64,000 bases of DNA from a virus (IMGVR_UViG_2974508059_000001:180951-244950); one strand, 5' to 3'; counted from the first letter of the stretch, positions 1-9,745 are shown. Numbers and translations are program-made. The notes: generated from the sequence alone by a model not told the origin.

Positions 1-1
1 C

Positions 2-346
2 TTCCAGCAGTATCATTTACTGGTGCAGGTGCGCGAGCACGATCGCTACATGGCGACCGGATACGACGAGAAAAAAGGCCTGGCTGACAAGCAGGCCGAT
101 GACATAAGAGACCTGTACAGGCAACTGTTTGTCTGCTTGGGCAAGGAGCCATATGATAGTTCGAAGAGTGCACCTGTAACGATGTCTACCATGCCCCCAC
201 CTCCGGTGGTTGCGCCCGAAGTGCCGGTTCACTCAGACCCAGCACCCGTAAAGAAGCGCGAAGCAGCCAAACGCCCCGTTGGGGTGGCTGAGACCAACAT
301 GTTTCGTCAATCCATAATCGACCATCTCAATGGGGAAATAAAATGA
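2..346 (+). CDS. Partial hypothetical protein with Pro-rich C-terminal half; possible i-spanin partner
   Basis: Frame is open to the window edge. Stop overlaps the next start (ATGA at 343-346). Confidence 0.5.
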   Translation, partial: FQQYHLLVQVREHDRYMATGYDEKKGLADKQADDIRDLYRQLFVCLGKEPYDSSKSAPVTMSTMPPPPVVAPEVPVHSDPAPVKKREAAKRPVGVAETNMFRQSIIDHLNGEIK

Positions 347-813
347 AACCTTTCTGTCTGGGGGCACTCCTGCTGTTGTTGGCAGGCTGTGTCCCTCACG
401 ACAAAGGTACCCCGCTGCAACCGCAGCGGGCATGGCCGACGAGGCAGCTAGACAGCCCACCAGTGGCCGCGAAATATCCTTTGGGTAACGACGATCAGAA
501 AGCGTTTGAGACATATGTTATCGACGTGAACATCTATGCGTATTATGTCTACACGTACGCACGTAACCTTAACGAATATGTCGCCGCGCGTGGTTGGCAT
601 CCACCTCGGGTCGCACCTTTGTGTGAAGAGTTTGAAACACCGGACCTCCATCCGATTCCAGACCGCATTACGCTTGACCGCAACTCACGAACCCCGGAGC
701 AGATTAGTCAGGACATCGCTAATCAGTTTCGTCAAATTCTTGAGAACTACCGGGCAGACCGTAAGGCGTTTCGGCATAACTTCTCACAGCACGAGCAGAC
801 TTGTTTAAACTAA
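343..813 (+). CDS. Putative lipoprotein (o-spanin candidate)
   Basis: N-terminal MKPFCLGALLLLLAGC is a signal peptide II with LAGC lipobox. Pro-rich linker; terminator follows. Confidence 0.6.
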   Translation: MKPFCLGALLLLLAGCVPHDKGTPLQPQRAWPTRQLDSPPVAAKYPLGNDDQKAFETYVIDVNIYAYYVYTYARNLNEYVAARGWHPPRVAPLCEEFETPDLHPIPDRITLDRNSRTPEQISQDIANQFRQILENYRADRKAFRHNFSQHEQTCLN

Positions 814-816
814 GCG

Positions 817-859
817 TATCCTCCACCTCCTTCGGGCGGTGGAGGGTATCTTTTATTTT
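817..859 (+). terminator. Rho-independent terminator
   Basis: TATCCTCCACC...GGTGGAGGGTA stem around a TTCG loop, then a T-tract. Confidence 0.75.
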
Positions 860-903
860 ACATCATCAACATTTCTAATGTATATCCAATGGAGCGCAAA
901 ATA

Positions 904-1602
904 ATGCAAAACGTAGTTATCCCCTCAATTGTAGTAGGCACAGACGTTGAAACCAAGTCGTTACGACCGGATGCGTATATCCTGAGTATTGGCTTGGCTG
1001 CGTTCGATATCGCAACTCTGCGCCTAATTGGGGCGTCGTATCAGGCCATCGATCCTAACGATGCAGACGCCGATCGTGTCTTCCATACTGACCCTGCAAC
1101 TATCGGTTGGTGGGAAGGTAAAGATAATCCGGACTATGCTCCGTCTGAAGCCGCTCGCAAAGAAGCGTTCTCAGGCACCACGAACATCAAAGATGCACTT
1201 TGGACGGCTAAGAAGTTCCTCGACGATTTGGGGAATAAGCCGATCGTATTGGCTATGCGTGGCCCAGACTTTGATTCACCGATTTTGATGAACGCCTTCG
1301 CCCAGTGCGATGTGCCACCGGGTAAGTTCCGTAAGTTTTCTATGCTGGACTCTGACCGTACCACAGAACGTCTGGCACATGCGTTTGGTCTGCAACCGGA
1401 TATGGAAGCAGAAGCCCACAACTGGACACGCGGCAAAGACTTCGTCCTGCACCACTCAGGTTTCGATGCTGCTAAAGAAGGGTATCTGACGGCACGTTTC
1501 TATCACCTTGCGCTAGTTGCGCGTACGCACGGTTTCCCGCGCATGCTGGAAGCTCACGAGCAAATGCGTACCGGTGAGTACATCCCGACGATGTTCCTGT
1601 AA
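904..1602 (+). CDS. DEDDh 3'-5' exo(ribo)nuclease
   Basis: Motifs DVET..L....ILSIG, RGPDFDSPIL and HHSGFDA. GGAG SD favours ATG 904 over 889. Confidence 0.75.
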   Translation: MQNVVIPSIVVGTDVETKSLRPDAYILSIGLAAFDIATLRLIGASYQAIDPNDADADRVFHTDPATIGWWEGKDNPDYAPSEAARKEAFSGTTNIKDALWTAKKFLDDLGNKPIVLAMRGPDFDSPILMNAFAQCDVPPGKFRKFSMLDSDRTTERLAHAFGLQPDMEAEAHNWTRGKDFVLHHSGFDAAKEGYLTARFYHLALVARTHGFPRMLEAHEQMRTGEYIPTMFL

Positions 1603-1612
1603 GAGAGGATTA

Positions 1613-3133
1613 ATGAAAGAGTACGACGTCGCCGTGCTATACACGGACGGGAGTCACACCACTGCCCCCTTAGGTTCGGGGGCGGGTATTCATGGCTACC
1701 TGTACAATAAAGCTGATTTTAAATCAGAACGTGGCTATTTCGCCGACGGGGTACCGGAGGCGGTTACGCCAGAAGAGTACCAAATCATTTCGCAGGCGGA
1801 GAAATTGCCTGCTATGCCTGAGGGCTTAGTCGAATGGGTTAACTGCACGATTCCTGTACCCAAAGAACAATTCTCGGATGTCGGTGAACTGGTGGCCTTT
1901 ATCTCGGCCTTTGATGGTGCACCGTTTAAGGCAAAGAAATACGTTATCCACGTGGATGCGACCTACGTACTGAACTCCTTCAATAAGTGGCTGGAAGGTT
2001 GGGCCAGTCGGGGTTGGTTACGGGCTGACGGGACACCGGTTGCGAACCTCAAACTGATGCAGCGTATCTGGGAGCTCAAACAGGGCTTCAAGAAAGACGG
2101 CATCTCAGTTAAGGTCGTGAAGATTAAAGGGCACTCTGACCGCTACGGCAACGACCAAGCGGATAAGATGGCCCGTCTTGGTTCGACTATGACGGCGACG
2201 TTTGAGAATGTGGAGTATCGCCCATTCTGGACAACCGAAGAGATGCCTGCGAAGGAAGAGAAAGAGCAGGCAGTCGATGTTGGTATCAATCTCTCTTTAC
2301 TGCCGGCTATCAACACGCAGAAGTTCCACTACGTGCAGGTGAATGAACCCCACCCGATGTGCACCGTGAACGGCGAGCAGTGGTATTATCTGTCCTCAGG
2401 CAACCATGCCAAAGACAAAGACGATATCGTGCTGCTTGGGAAGATGATTCCCGATGCGATGTTCTCGGTGACCTTTGCTAAGAAACCGTGGGAGAACCTT
2501 TACTTCCTCGCCAACGCCCATGCCAACACCGCGTGGCAGGACACCCCGGCACTGAAGCGGTTTGACCCGATTGCGATCATCACCGGTGATTTCCTGAAGC
2601 GTAAGAAGTTTCAGGAGGCGTGCAAGGAGGGAATACCGATTGAGCGCATGACCTTCTCAGAAGACCGCAACGTGTGGTTCTTTGAGGACTTGGCCATCAG
2701 TCGTATTCTGCGCCCTGCGCTGCTGTCGTATCGGGCGATTGGTTTTCGTGACGAACTGGCTCAGATGCTGAAGTCGGTCATGCAAAAGGAAGCGCATATC
2801 GTTTTAAACGACATCACCGATCTTCTCTTTGATGAGAAGGGGAAACCTTCCAAAGAGGTCTACCGTAACGTTGATAAGTCGTTTGAGATTCAGGCGAAGA
2901 TTCCCTTCAACGACACGCAAACCATTCCCATCATCCTGACGCGAGGTATTGACCTACCGCAACGTACCGACATTAACCGCATCAAAGAACCCACTGGTCG
3001 CTTCTACGTGGCTTGCTGGCGTCCTGAGGAGCGTTACGTGCGTTATGCAGTGATTTATCTCGGGGAAGAGTATAACGGGTTATGGATAGCCTACTACGCT
3101 GCAAACCGCATCCTGCCGACTGACATTAAGTGA
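1613..3133 (+). CDS. rnh: Ribonuclease HI with long C-terminal extension (phiKZ gp155-like)
   Basis: LYTDGS, GELVAF, HVDATYV, W...GW...DG.PVAN, KIKGHS..YGNDQADKMA motifs. SD GAGG precedes ATG 1613. Confidence 0.9.
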   Translation: MKEYDVAVLYTDGSHTTAPLGSGAGIHGYLYNKADFKSERGYFADGVPEAVTPEEYQIISQAEKLPAMPEGLVEWVNCTIPVPKEQFSDVGELVAFISAFDGAPFKAKKYVIHVDATYVLNSFNKWLEGWASRGWLRADGTPVANLKLMQRIWELKQGFKKDGISVKVVKIKGHSDRYGNDQADKMARLGSTMTATFENVEYRPFWTTEEMPAKEEKEQAVDVGINLSLLPAINTQKFHYVQVNEPHPMCTVNGEQWYYLSSGNHAKDKDDIVLLGKMIPDAMFSVTFAKKPWENLYFLANAHANTAWQDTPALKRFDPIAIITGDFLKRKKFQEACKEGIPIERMTFSEDRNVWFFEDLAISRILRPALLSYRAIGFRDELAQMLKSVMQKEAHIVLNDITDLLFDEKGKPSKEVYRNVDKSFEIQAKIPFNDTQTIPIILTRGIDLPQRTDINRIKEPTGRFYVACWRPEERYVRYAVIYLGEEYNGLWIAYYAANRILPTDIK

Positions 3134-3140
3134 GGTCTTT

Positions 3141-3878
3141 ATGCTGCGTGTTTTTAGTCACGTATTGACGCTACACAGCGACAAGTTAGTTGAAGCCTTG
3201 GCCGAGTATTACGCACTGACGTTTTACCGCTACGGCAAAGCCATGAAGCTTACCCCAACGGAGCAGAAGGCGATTGAGGAAACCACCACTGCGGCAGCGC
3301 GGTGGATGGTGGCCAACATCCTGCTGGAAGGGATAGCGCTGGCAAACGCCCGGACACATCTCTCGCCGTCATTGAAAAGCTTCGATGTTTATGGCGATGC
3401 GATGGCTGATTACTTCACCGACCCCGCGTTAGAGAACCACCTGTCGCCGAGTGTGACCGTGGGTGAGTTCTTTGCCCACATCGTTTCTACCCGACCCCTC
3501 TCGGCGTTGCTGGAAGGGGCGATGAAATGGTTCGTCGATCAGTTCATGGACGAGGTGTATAACCTGCTGGGGAAAGACTCCTTCTCGATTGATAAGTACA
3601 CGGGTATCTACATGACCCGCGACATGCTTATCAAGCAGATGGAAAACCATAAGGTTATCCTGCCGTTCATTGAGCCGTTGGAGTGGACGTTCATTGCCAT
3701 CGTCAAATGTGAAGATGCGCATGAAGCAGTGCTGGGTCTCGACCACGCGTTTGTCGTGCAGGGCGATGCGTTTATCCTGCCGGAAACTTTCCCCACCATG
3801 ATTGCCCCCGTGCCGGGTGAGGATGTCGAAGTCTACGAGCTTCTGCCCCGTATCGTTGAGGAGCTGAAAAAGCTTTAA
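3141..3878 (+). CDS. Hypothetical protein
   Basis: 245-aa ORF with GAGG SD, in operon. Confidence 0.75.
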   Translation: MLRVFSHVLTLHSDKLVEALAEYYALTFYRYGKAMKLTPTEQKAIEETTTAAARWMVANILLEGIALANARTHLSPSLKSFDVYGDAMADYFTDPALENHLSPSVTVGEFFAHIVSTRPLSALLEGAMKWFVDQFMDEVYNLLGKDSFSIDKYTGIYMTRDMLIKQMENHKVILPFIEPLEWTFIAIVKCEDAHEAVLGLDHAFVVQGDAFILPETFPTMIAPVPGEDVEVYELLPRIVEELKKL

Positions 3879-3898
3879 GATAGATATTATCTCCGTGG
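3879..3898 (+). promoter_or_regulatory. Putative early (virion RNAP) promoter GATAGATATTAT-N4-GTG
   Basis: One of five near-identical intergenic copies upstream of + strand genes. Confidence 0.7.
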
Positions 3899-3918
3899 TA
3901 AATCGTTAGGAGTCATTT

Positions 3919-4638
3919 ATGTTACGTGTGGTTATGCCCGAACTCTTTCAGTTTACAACGCCTACCGCGACGAAGCTGTTTGAGAAGATATGGGATCGCT
4001 ACTGCCCGGAGAAGCTTGCTACTCGACCTGAACTGTGGGTACGCCGAGATGAGTTCTATCTGGGCGCTTTCCCACTGTTCGTTAAAACGTTTGCAGTGGC
4101 CATTACCGGGATGTTGGATGCGGTCAACCTTGGTCGTGATTTTGACATTCACGAGTTGGAATTTAGCTACGAGGATATTTATAACGATTATCAGCATGAG
4201 GAATTCGACGGTGAGATGGAAGGGGAAGTGTTACTCTTCATGAACTTCGTCGAAGGTGTGTTGGGTGAGAAGGACAAGTTCTTAAACGAGCTGGCGGATA
4301 AACTGACAGGGGCGTATCAGAACCTGTTGGCACTGCGCAAGCAACACGACATCGTTGGCTTTTGGCTGGATGTCTATTCGATGGACATGCGCATCTGGGA
4401 AGACAACCCGTCGGTGTTCGCTATTCAGAACGGGGACTTTGAACCGCAGTGGCATGACCGTTACACCACCGGCCCCGGCAGTATGTTCTACGAGCTTTCA
4501 AAAGACGACGGTATGGAGTTCTACCTGTGGATGGATTGCATCGTGGCCGAGTCGCCACGCATCACGATTCCCGAAGGCGAACCGGTAACGTTGTGTCATT
4601 TAACCCATGAAGCCATTGCCTTTATGGAACCCGTCTAA
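3919..4638 (+). CDS. Hypothetical acidic protein
   Basis: 239-aa ORF with AGGAG SD, downstream of the promoter motif. Confidence 0.8.
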   Translation: MLRVVMPELFQFTTPTATKLFEKIWDRYCPEKLATRPELWVRRDEFYLGAFPLFVKTFAVAITGMLDAVNLGRDFDIHELEFSYEDIYNDYQHEEFDGEMEGEVLLFMNFVEGVLGEKDKFLNELADKLTGAYQNLLALRKQHDIVGFWLDVYSMDMRIWEDNPSVFAIQNGDFEPQWHDRYTTGPGSMFYELSKDDGMEFYLWMDCIVAESPRITIPEGEPVTLCHLTHEAIAFMEPV

Positions 4639-4660
4639 AATAAATCGTAAGGAGTAATAC

Positions 4661-5041
4661 ATGAAACTGAATGACCTGATTGCAACGATGATCAAAACCA
4701 GTCGGAAGAACACCACTTTTGAGGGGGGGCTGATTCTCCTCACGGTTGACCAGAATGCCGAGCCGCTAGTGCGCCTCCAACTTCCGGACGCGCTGGTCGC
4801 GGAACCCAACGATCGTGGTCTGCTGCGTACCCTGCGTGAGGACAGTGTGCGTGACCGTACTGATTGGCCGCGGGTTGTGGTGTGGTGTCACAATCCGCAC
4901 ATCTCCCTTGGTAATGAAGCTGACATTGTGCTTCACGTCTGGAAGGATGGCGACGATGTCAAAGTTCGCTGCGAGAAGTTCCGCAGCCTGATGGACCGCC
5001 CAAGCGATGTGTGGACACTCGGGGAAGAAGCTACCGCGTAA
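4661..5041 (+). CDS. Hypothetical protein; C-terminus weakly resembles the DnaB/RecA-fold motif H4
   Basis: TAAGGAG SD; SLGNEADIVLHV...VRCEKFR. Confidence 0.7.
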   Translation: MKLNDLIATMIKTSRKNTTFEGGLILLTVDQNAEPLVRLQLPDALVAEPNDRGLLRTLREDSVRDRTDWPRVVVWCHNPHISLGNEADIVLHVWKDGDDVKVRCEKFRSLMDRPSDVWTLGEEATA

Positions 5042-5059
5042 CCTGATTGAGGAGTGGTG

Positions 5060-5500
5060 ATGTTAACCGTTCAAAGCGAAACACTGATGAACGTGGATAG
5101 GCTCTTCCTCCGTAAGTACGATAAGATAATCGCCGCCGAGCCCCTTAACTGGACCCGTGTGGCGGTTAAATATTTTTTAATGCGTACGGTACTGGGCGAT
5201 CGGGATATTGCAGGTGAGGAGTTGGTGACAGCAGTCCAAGAAACCAAAGCCTGCTGGGTGGAGGCCGGTCTACCTGATATCAGTTGGTTTCGGGTAAACC
5301 AGTTCTTGCTTTACCTCGGGCAGTTCTCGCAGCATCCCATCCACGCACTTAACCACGAGCTGCAACGTATGCTCGAACAGAATTACGTTGAAATACAATA
5401 CAGTGCCCACAATCTGGTCTTCAATCAGTATCAGGTTGTTCGCGCAACTGACTTGTTGATGTCCCATGCATTATTGGAGCCTTTCAATGCAGCAAGTTAA
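5060..5500 (+). CDS. Hypothetical protein
   Basis: GAGGA SD before ATG 5060. Confidence 0.7.
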   Translation: MLTVQSETLMNVDRLFLRKYDKIIAAEPLNWTRVAVKYFLMRTVLGDRDIAGEELVTAVQETKACWVEAGLPDISWFRVNQFLLYLGQFSQHPIHALNHELQRMLEQNYVEIQYSAHNLVFNQYQVVRATDLLMSHALLEPFNAAS

Positions 5501-6119
5501 GATGCACATCCTCATGTCGTTGGAATCTTATCTCAAAGGTCTGTCGTTTCATGAGGAGGCCGTGAAAACTGCCTACCTTATTGTTGCAAGAGAAATCGCA
5601 AAGCAGGATTACATCGAAGATTGGGCACCCCTTTCCGGAATGTGGCAGGCGATGCGCTTTATTGTTCACGAGGGCGGCCTTGAACTCGCCTTGGCCGAAG
5701 AGTACGTCGAGCCGCGGATGGTGAAAAAAGTACGTCAGCTTCTCTTAGCTTTGATGGGGGACTTTGATAACTTTCCGCGACACTCCATGGATGTGAACCG
5801 CAGTTACCTCGGTAGCGTCAGTGAAGTGAAAGCCGCACTCGACATGCCGCTTGTGTTTGCGCGGGATGAAGACCTGCTGAATCACAACCTGTGGTTTGCC
5901 GGTTCCATGGAGAGTCCATGCTACGTGGAAGAGCGGGAGATTATCAGCTCAGAACAAGAGTGGGGTAATCTGGTTGTCAAATACCCACACGGTCCGTATA
6001 TGTGGCGAGCCGATTGGGATGCGTTTGTACCGCGTGCTGACTCGATGCGTCACAAGCACGTTATGATTCTTGATGTTGAAGCAGAGCGTGAGCGTTTCTA
6101 CGCGCTCTTTAAGGAGTAA
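5487..6119 (+). CDS. Hypothetical protein
   Basis: GGAG SD 7 nt before ATG 5487; overlaps the upstream stop. Confidence 0.7.
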   Translation: MQQVKMHILMSLESYLKGLSFHEEAVKTAYLIVAREIAKQDYIEDWAPLSGMWQAMRFIVHEGGLELALAEEYVEPRMVKKVRQLLLALMGDFDNFPRHSMDVNRSYLGSVSEVKAALDMPLVFARDEDLLNHNLWFAGSMESPCYVEEREIISSEQEWGNLVVKYPHGPYMWRADWDAFVPRADSMRHKHVMILDVEAERERFYALFKE

Positions 6120-6121
6120 CC

Positions 6122-6724
6122 ATGCAAGTCATTTTAAACATGGCTCTCGGTGAACAGGCTAACCAAATCAGCGAACTGATGGTCGACCTGCGTAAAGACC
6201 TGAACTTTGAGCTGCACGACATTATCAGTAAATACGAACGCAGTCTGCGCGAGGACACCGACAAAGTGCACCACGTTGTTGATGCTCCGAAGATTGTCGA
6301 TGAGTTAACCGCGCTGATTGTTGACCAAGCCAAGGACGTGTTGCAAAAGACGTTCACCATTGGCATCAACGGTTGGGACACCGTGGATGAGCTGGCCCTG
6401 CGGGTAGAAGAAGCGTTCACGAAGGGGGTAACGGACTTAGAAAGTTACGTGCACCTGAATGCCCACGAAACCTTTGTGGCCTGTGGCAACTCCGGTGAAC
6501 GCACACTGACGTTCCAAATGGAATCGCTCCACGATCTCTTTGGGGCAACCGACACCATGAAGGTGGAAGGCATTGTGATGAAAGCCAAAGAGAAGGTTGG
6601 CATCCTTGCCCGTCAGGAAATGGAAACCCTTCTGAGCAAGCTCCAACTGTACAAACTGACGCCAGAGCAAGTGGATGGTGTTCATGAGATGGGCCGTGGT
6701 GAAATGACCGTTAGTCGTTTCTAA
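6122..6724 (+). CDS. Hypothetical protein (N-terminal motif family member 1)
   Basis: TAAGGAG SD; starts MQVILNM. Confidence 0.8.
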   Translation: MQVILNMALGEQANQISELMVDLRKDLNFELHDIISKYERSLREDTDKVHHVVDAPKIVDELTALIVDQAKDVLQKTFTIGINGWDTVDELALRVEEAFTKGVTDLESYVHLNAHETFVACGNSGERTLTFQMESLHDLFGATDTMKVEGIVMKAKEKVGILARQEMETLLSKLQLYKLTPEQVDGVHEMGRGEMTVSRF

Positions 6725-6768
6725 GAAAGGCGCAGTTAATAATCAACTTCAACGAGTAAGGATAAATC

Positions 6769-7446
6769 ATGAAATTGTACCTAAATCTGACTACCGATGA
6801 AAACCGTAAAGTTTGGCCTGCTCTGATGATGTCGATGTACGACGATGTCGAGCACATCATTGCCCACCACTACGCCTCTCAGCCAGACAAAGGCCCGCTG
6901 ATCCGTCAGGCGGCTACCCAAGCGCTGTTACCGATCACCATGGGCATGTCTCGTTTGCAGGATACTTTGCTGGAATTCCGCTACGATGATATCGACAGTG
7001 CTGAAGGTGTTATCGACACCACCATCGATATCTTTACGGCAGATAACAACGCAGCACGTATCCGCGATGAGTGGGTAAAAGAAATGCGTGAGCGGACAAC
7101 GGTACACTTCCAAGACTCTGTCGGTGATGAGCATGTTTTGAATCTCAAGGAAGAAGAGATTGAAAACTTCATCGAAATGGCGGACGAACGCGTGAAAGAA
7201 ATTACGGCATCTCTTTGGGCGTCGGTATCGAAGCAGATCAAATCGATTACCATGCGTTTCACACCACACACTCACTTCCCCGCCACCGGCCGGGCAGTTG
7301 GGCGGGATGTTCCAAATACCCAGAACGCGCCAAGTGAAAGCGGTGTCGACATTCATCTGGATGACTCCAATGTCGATCTCGAGCTGACCCCTCCTGCTGC
7401 TGACGCGGTTGAAAAGCTGAAAGAAGAGCTGAATAAGGACGACTAA
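6769..7446 (+). CDS. Hypothetical protein (N-terminal motif family member 2)
   Basis: TAAGGA SD; starts MKLYLNLTT. Confidence 0.8.
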   Translation: MKLYLNLTTDENRKVWPALMMSMYDDVEHIIAHHYASQPDKGPLIRQAATQALLPITMGMSRLQDTLLEFRYDDIDSAEGVIDTTIDIFTADNNAARIRDEWVKEMRERTTVHFQDSVGDEHVLNLKEEEIENFIEMADERVKEITASLWASVSKQIKSITMRFTPHTHFPATGRAVGRDVPNTQNAPSESGVDIHLDDSNVDLELTPPAADAVEKLKEELNKDD

Positions 7447-7919
7447 TGCGCATCTATATCTCGTTTGATACCGATGATGTCCTAAAGACCATTGGTGAAT
7501 TGCGTCGAGATATCGTGGTGTTCGGCCGTCAGTTTCTGATTGACGCCATGCAAGAGGAGCCGGCCTCACTTAAAGAGTACGATGACTTCGACTTCATCAA
7601 TAGGCTGTCTGTGGCGTTGGCTTCAGGCTGGACAGAGTTTCTGGAAGCGGTGCAGCACAAGCTGTGGCTGCTCGATGAAAAGACGCTTGATAGCGGGGAC
7701 AGCTTAGACTGGTGCGTGAAAGAGTTCACGCCCATCTTTGAAGGAACCCCACCTACCATGCGTCGGAACGTCTTAGCGCTGAACTGTCCGGTTTACGACA
7801 TCATGGTCATGGAGTTGCTTACTGAACGTGCCGAGGCGGGTTATCGTGACATGCTTAATACGCTCACTGCTGAGTTGGAGCAAGTCTTCGAAAAGGCGTG
7901 GCAGCTCTTTAAGAAATAA
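7446..7919 (+). CDS. Hypothetical protein (N-terminal motif family member 3)
   Basis: TAATG stop/start coupling; starts MRIYISFDT. Confidence 0.8.
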   Translation: MRIYISFDTDDVLKTIGELRRDIVVFGRQFLIDAMQEEPASLKEYDDFDFINRLSVALASGWTEFLEAVQHKLWLLDEKTLDSGDSLDWCVKEFTPIFEGTPPTMRRNVLALNCPVYDIMVMELLTERAEAGYRDMLNTLTAELEQVFEKAWQLFKK

Positions 7920-7927
7920 GGAGGGTT

Positions 7928-8404
7928 ATGGTAATTTACATTGACACTGCATCTCCTAAAGTGAAGAAGCGGCTCTTTGGGCATCTGGAGAAACTCCACG
8001 ACAAACTTTGCCAGAAGATGCTGAAGGCGATGCCGTTTGAGGAGTTCGCAAAAGGAAAACCCCACACTCGCATTAACAACACGGTGTCGCGCTGGATACG
8101 CATTTTAGCGGAGCCCTACAGTCGGGTGCTCACTGGACAACCGCTGAAGGTAGGGGTTAGTGATTGCACCGCCAAGCGCGTCGAGGAATTCTGGGCGGCT
8201 TTCTGGGGCATGGGTGAGGACATCTTGAGTAATATCATGGAAGAGGTCCGGGAGGGCAAGTTGAACTTCTCCACGCTTTTTAATGAGCAGGAGAAGAAAG
8301 ACGTTGCCGCCCTGATAAGGCATACCCAAGCCGACATGCAGGGGACGTTGGAGGGCTTGATAAACCAACAGGTCAATGCGTCGCTGCGACTTGTGGAAAG
8401 GTAA
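7928..8404 (+). CDS. Hypothetical protein (N-terminal motif family member 4)
   Basis: AAGGAGG SD; starts MVIYIDTAS. Confidence 0.8.
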   Translation: MVIYIDTASPKVKKRLFGHLEKLHDKLCQKMLKAMPFEEFAKGKPHTRINNTVSRWIRILAEPYSRVLTGQPLKVGVSDCTAKRVEEFWAAFWGMGEDILSNIMEEVREGKLNFSTLFNEQEKKDVAALIRHTQADMQGTLEGLINQQVNASLRLVER

Positions 8405-8407
8405 CGG

Positions 8408-8902
8408 ATGCGCATTTACGTAGACATGAACACCACCAACATCTACGACGCCTTCTCCATCGGTTTCGAAGGTATGCTGGAACGCACACTGGAGTACCAC
8501 CGGATGTTGGTCTCGGGGCATGAGAATGAACGCGTCAGAGAAAACGCTGACTACTTCAAATCGAAAGCCTACGAGGGTCACCTCTCTGCACTGCTGTTAA
8601 AAGGGTTTGGGCATTTCCATACCCTCATCAATTCACAGTTGGTGTGTTTCAACACCGAACTCACACGGGTGTCGCAAGATGACCCGGTGACGCGGTTGAT
8701 GAATACCTGTACCGCAGATGTGGTGGGTGAACTGGTGAATTTCCCCGATGGGACGAAGCTTGAGTACGCGCTCTTTGACGAGGCGGTGATGGATGACCTG
8801 TACGTGGAACTGGAAGCGTTTCGCGAAGAGCTCATCCGTATCGTTAATGCCGAAGTCAACGACGCGCTCAAAGCCGCTATCCTCATTGTGAAAAATAAAT
8901 AA
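8408..8902 (+). CDS. Hypothetical protein (N-terminal motif family member 5)
   Basis: AAGG SD; starts MRIYVDMNT. Confidence 0.8.
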   Translation: MRIYVDMNTTNIYDAFSIGFEGMLERTLEYHRMLVSGHENERVRENADYFKSKAYEGHLSALLLKGFGHFHTLINSQLVCFNTELTRVSQDDPVTRLMNTCTADVVGELVNFPDGTKLEYALFDEAVMDDLYVELEAFREELIRIVNAEVNDALKAAILIVKNK

Positions 8903-8946
8903 AAGTCACCCTACTCCGAGTGGAGTAGGGTACTTCTTCTTATCTT
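8898..8946. terminator. Bidirectional terminator between convergent genes
   Basis: ACCCTACTCC-GAGT-GGAGTAGGGT perfect stem with A-rich left and T-rich right flanks. Confidence 0.8.
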
Positions 8947-9702
8947 TTATTTTTTGCCTTCACGCAACAGTTTCAAACGATCGGCGGTGGCGTTCAACGC
9001 TTCCAGCAGTTCGTTGGTTTGTTTCATGAAGAGACCGAACAGCTCAACCCAGTTAGAGGCCATGTCGAGTGCCAGTGTGAGTTGCTCAACCACCTGCGGA
9101 TGCACCTCTTGGTCAGCCAGTGCGTCTGCAGAAGCCCCGATAGAGTCAACCAGGCGGGTAACGTCTTTGCGAAGCTTCTTGCTGATGTCCGCACGCAGGG
9201 CACGGGCACGGTTGAAGGTGGCGTCGATTTCACTGGCGCTGTGATACGTCTTTTCAATCGGACGCTGGTCAACGACCGCGTTGCTGTAGGACTGGGCGAG
9301 CTTTGCCACCAAGTCCTGTGGCTCGATGTTCTTCAGCGGGTATTTGAAGTCCTTGAAGCGAAAGCCCACAGGCAGGGTCAGCATCCCTTTCTGGTGCGTC
9401 ATGCCGGCCAGCAACTTATCAATCGGTTGCAGCACACCCGGCAGGATATCTTGCAGCACATCCCACACAGACTCCAGACGCTGAAGGTGGTCCATCACGT
9501 AGGTGTTGAAACCCGGTGGCACCGGTACCAGCATACCTTGGAAGTTCAGGAACTTCTCTTTCTGCATCCAGTTCGCCATGTTCGACATGTCGTCGTACGT
9601 GGTCAGGGCCAGCTCTTGGTCGTTGTTGGTAAAACCTTTGGGTAAAATAACCGACGCTTTGGAAGCAAATGCTTGGAGCGCGGCGATGGGATTCAGTGTC
9701 AT
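8947..9702 (-). CDS. Putative virion structural protein (syntenic with phiKZ gp153)
   Basis: 251-aa helical ORF on the minus strand, divergent from uvsX; the call rests on synteny. Confidence 0.55.
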   Translation of the reverse strand: MTLNPIAALQAFASKASVILPKGFTNNDQELALTTYDDMSNMANWMQKEKFLNFQGMLVPVPPGFNTYVMDHLQRLESVWDVLQDILPGVLQPIDKLLAGMTHQKGMLTLPVGFRFKDFKYPLKNIEPQDLVAKLAQSYSNAVVDQRPIEKTYHSASEIDATFNRARALRADISKKLRKDVTRLVDSIGASADALADQEVHPQVVEQLTLALDMASNWVELFGLFMKQTNELLEALNATADRLKLLREGKK

Positions 9703-9733
9703 TATACTTCCTCGGAGACGGGTGATTGGGCTA

Positions 9734-9742
9734 CATACTAAG
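9734..9742 (-). promoter_or_regulatory. Putative late promoter CTTAGTATG
   Basis: The same 9-mer lies upstream of the sheath gene (50158-50166). TATG is the known phiKZ late-promoter element. Confidence 0.5.
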
Positions 9743-9745
9743 TCT

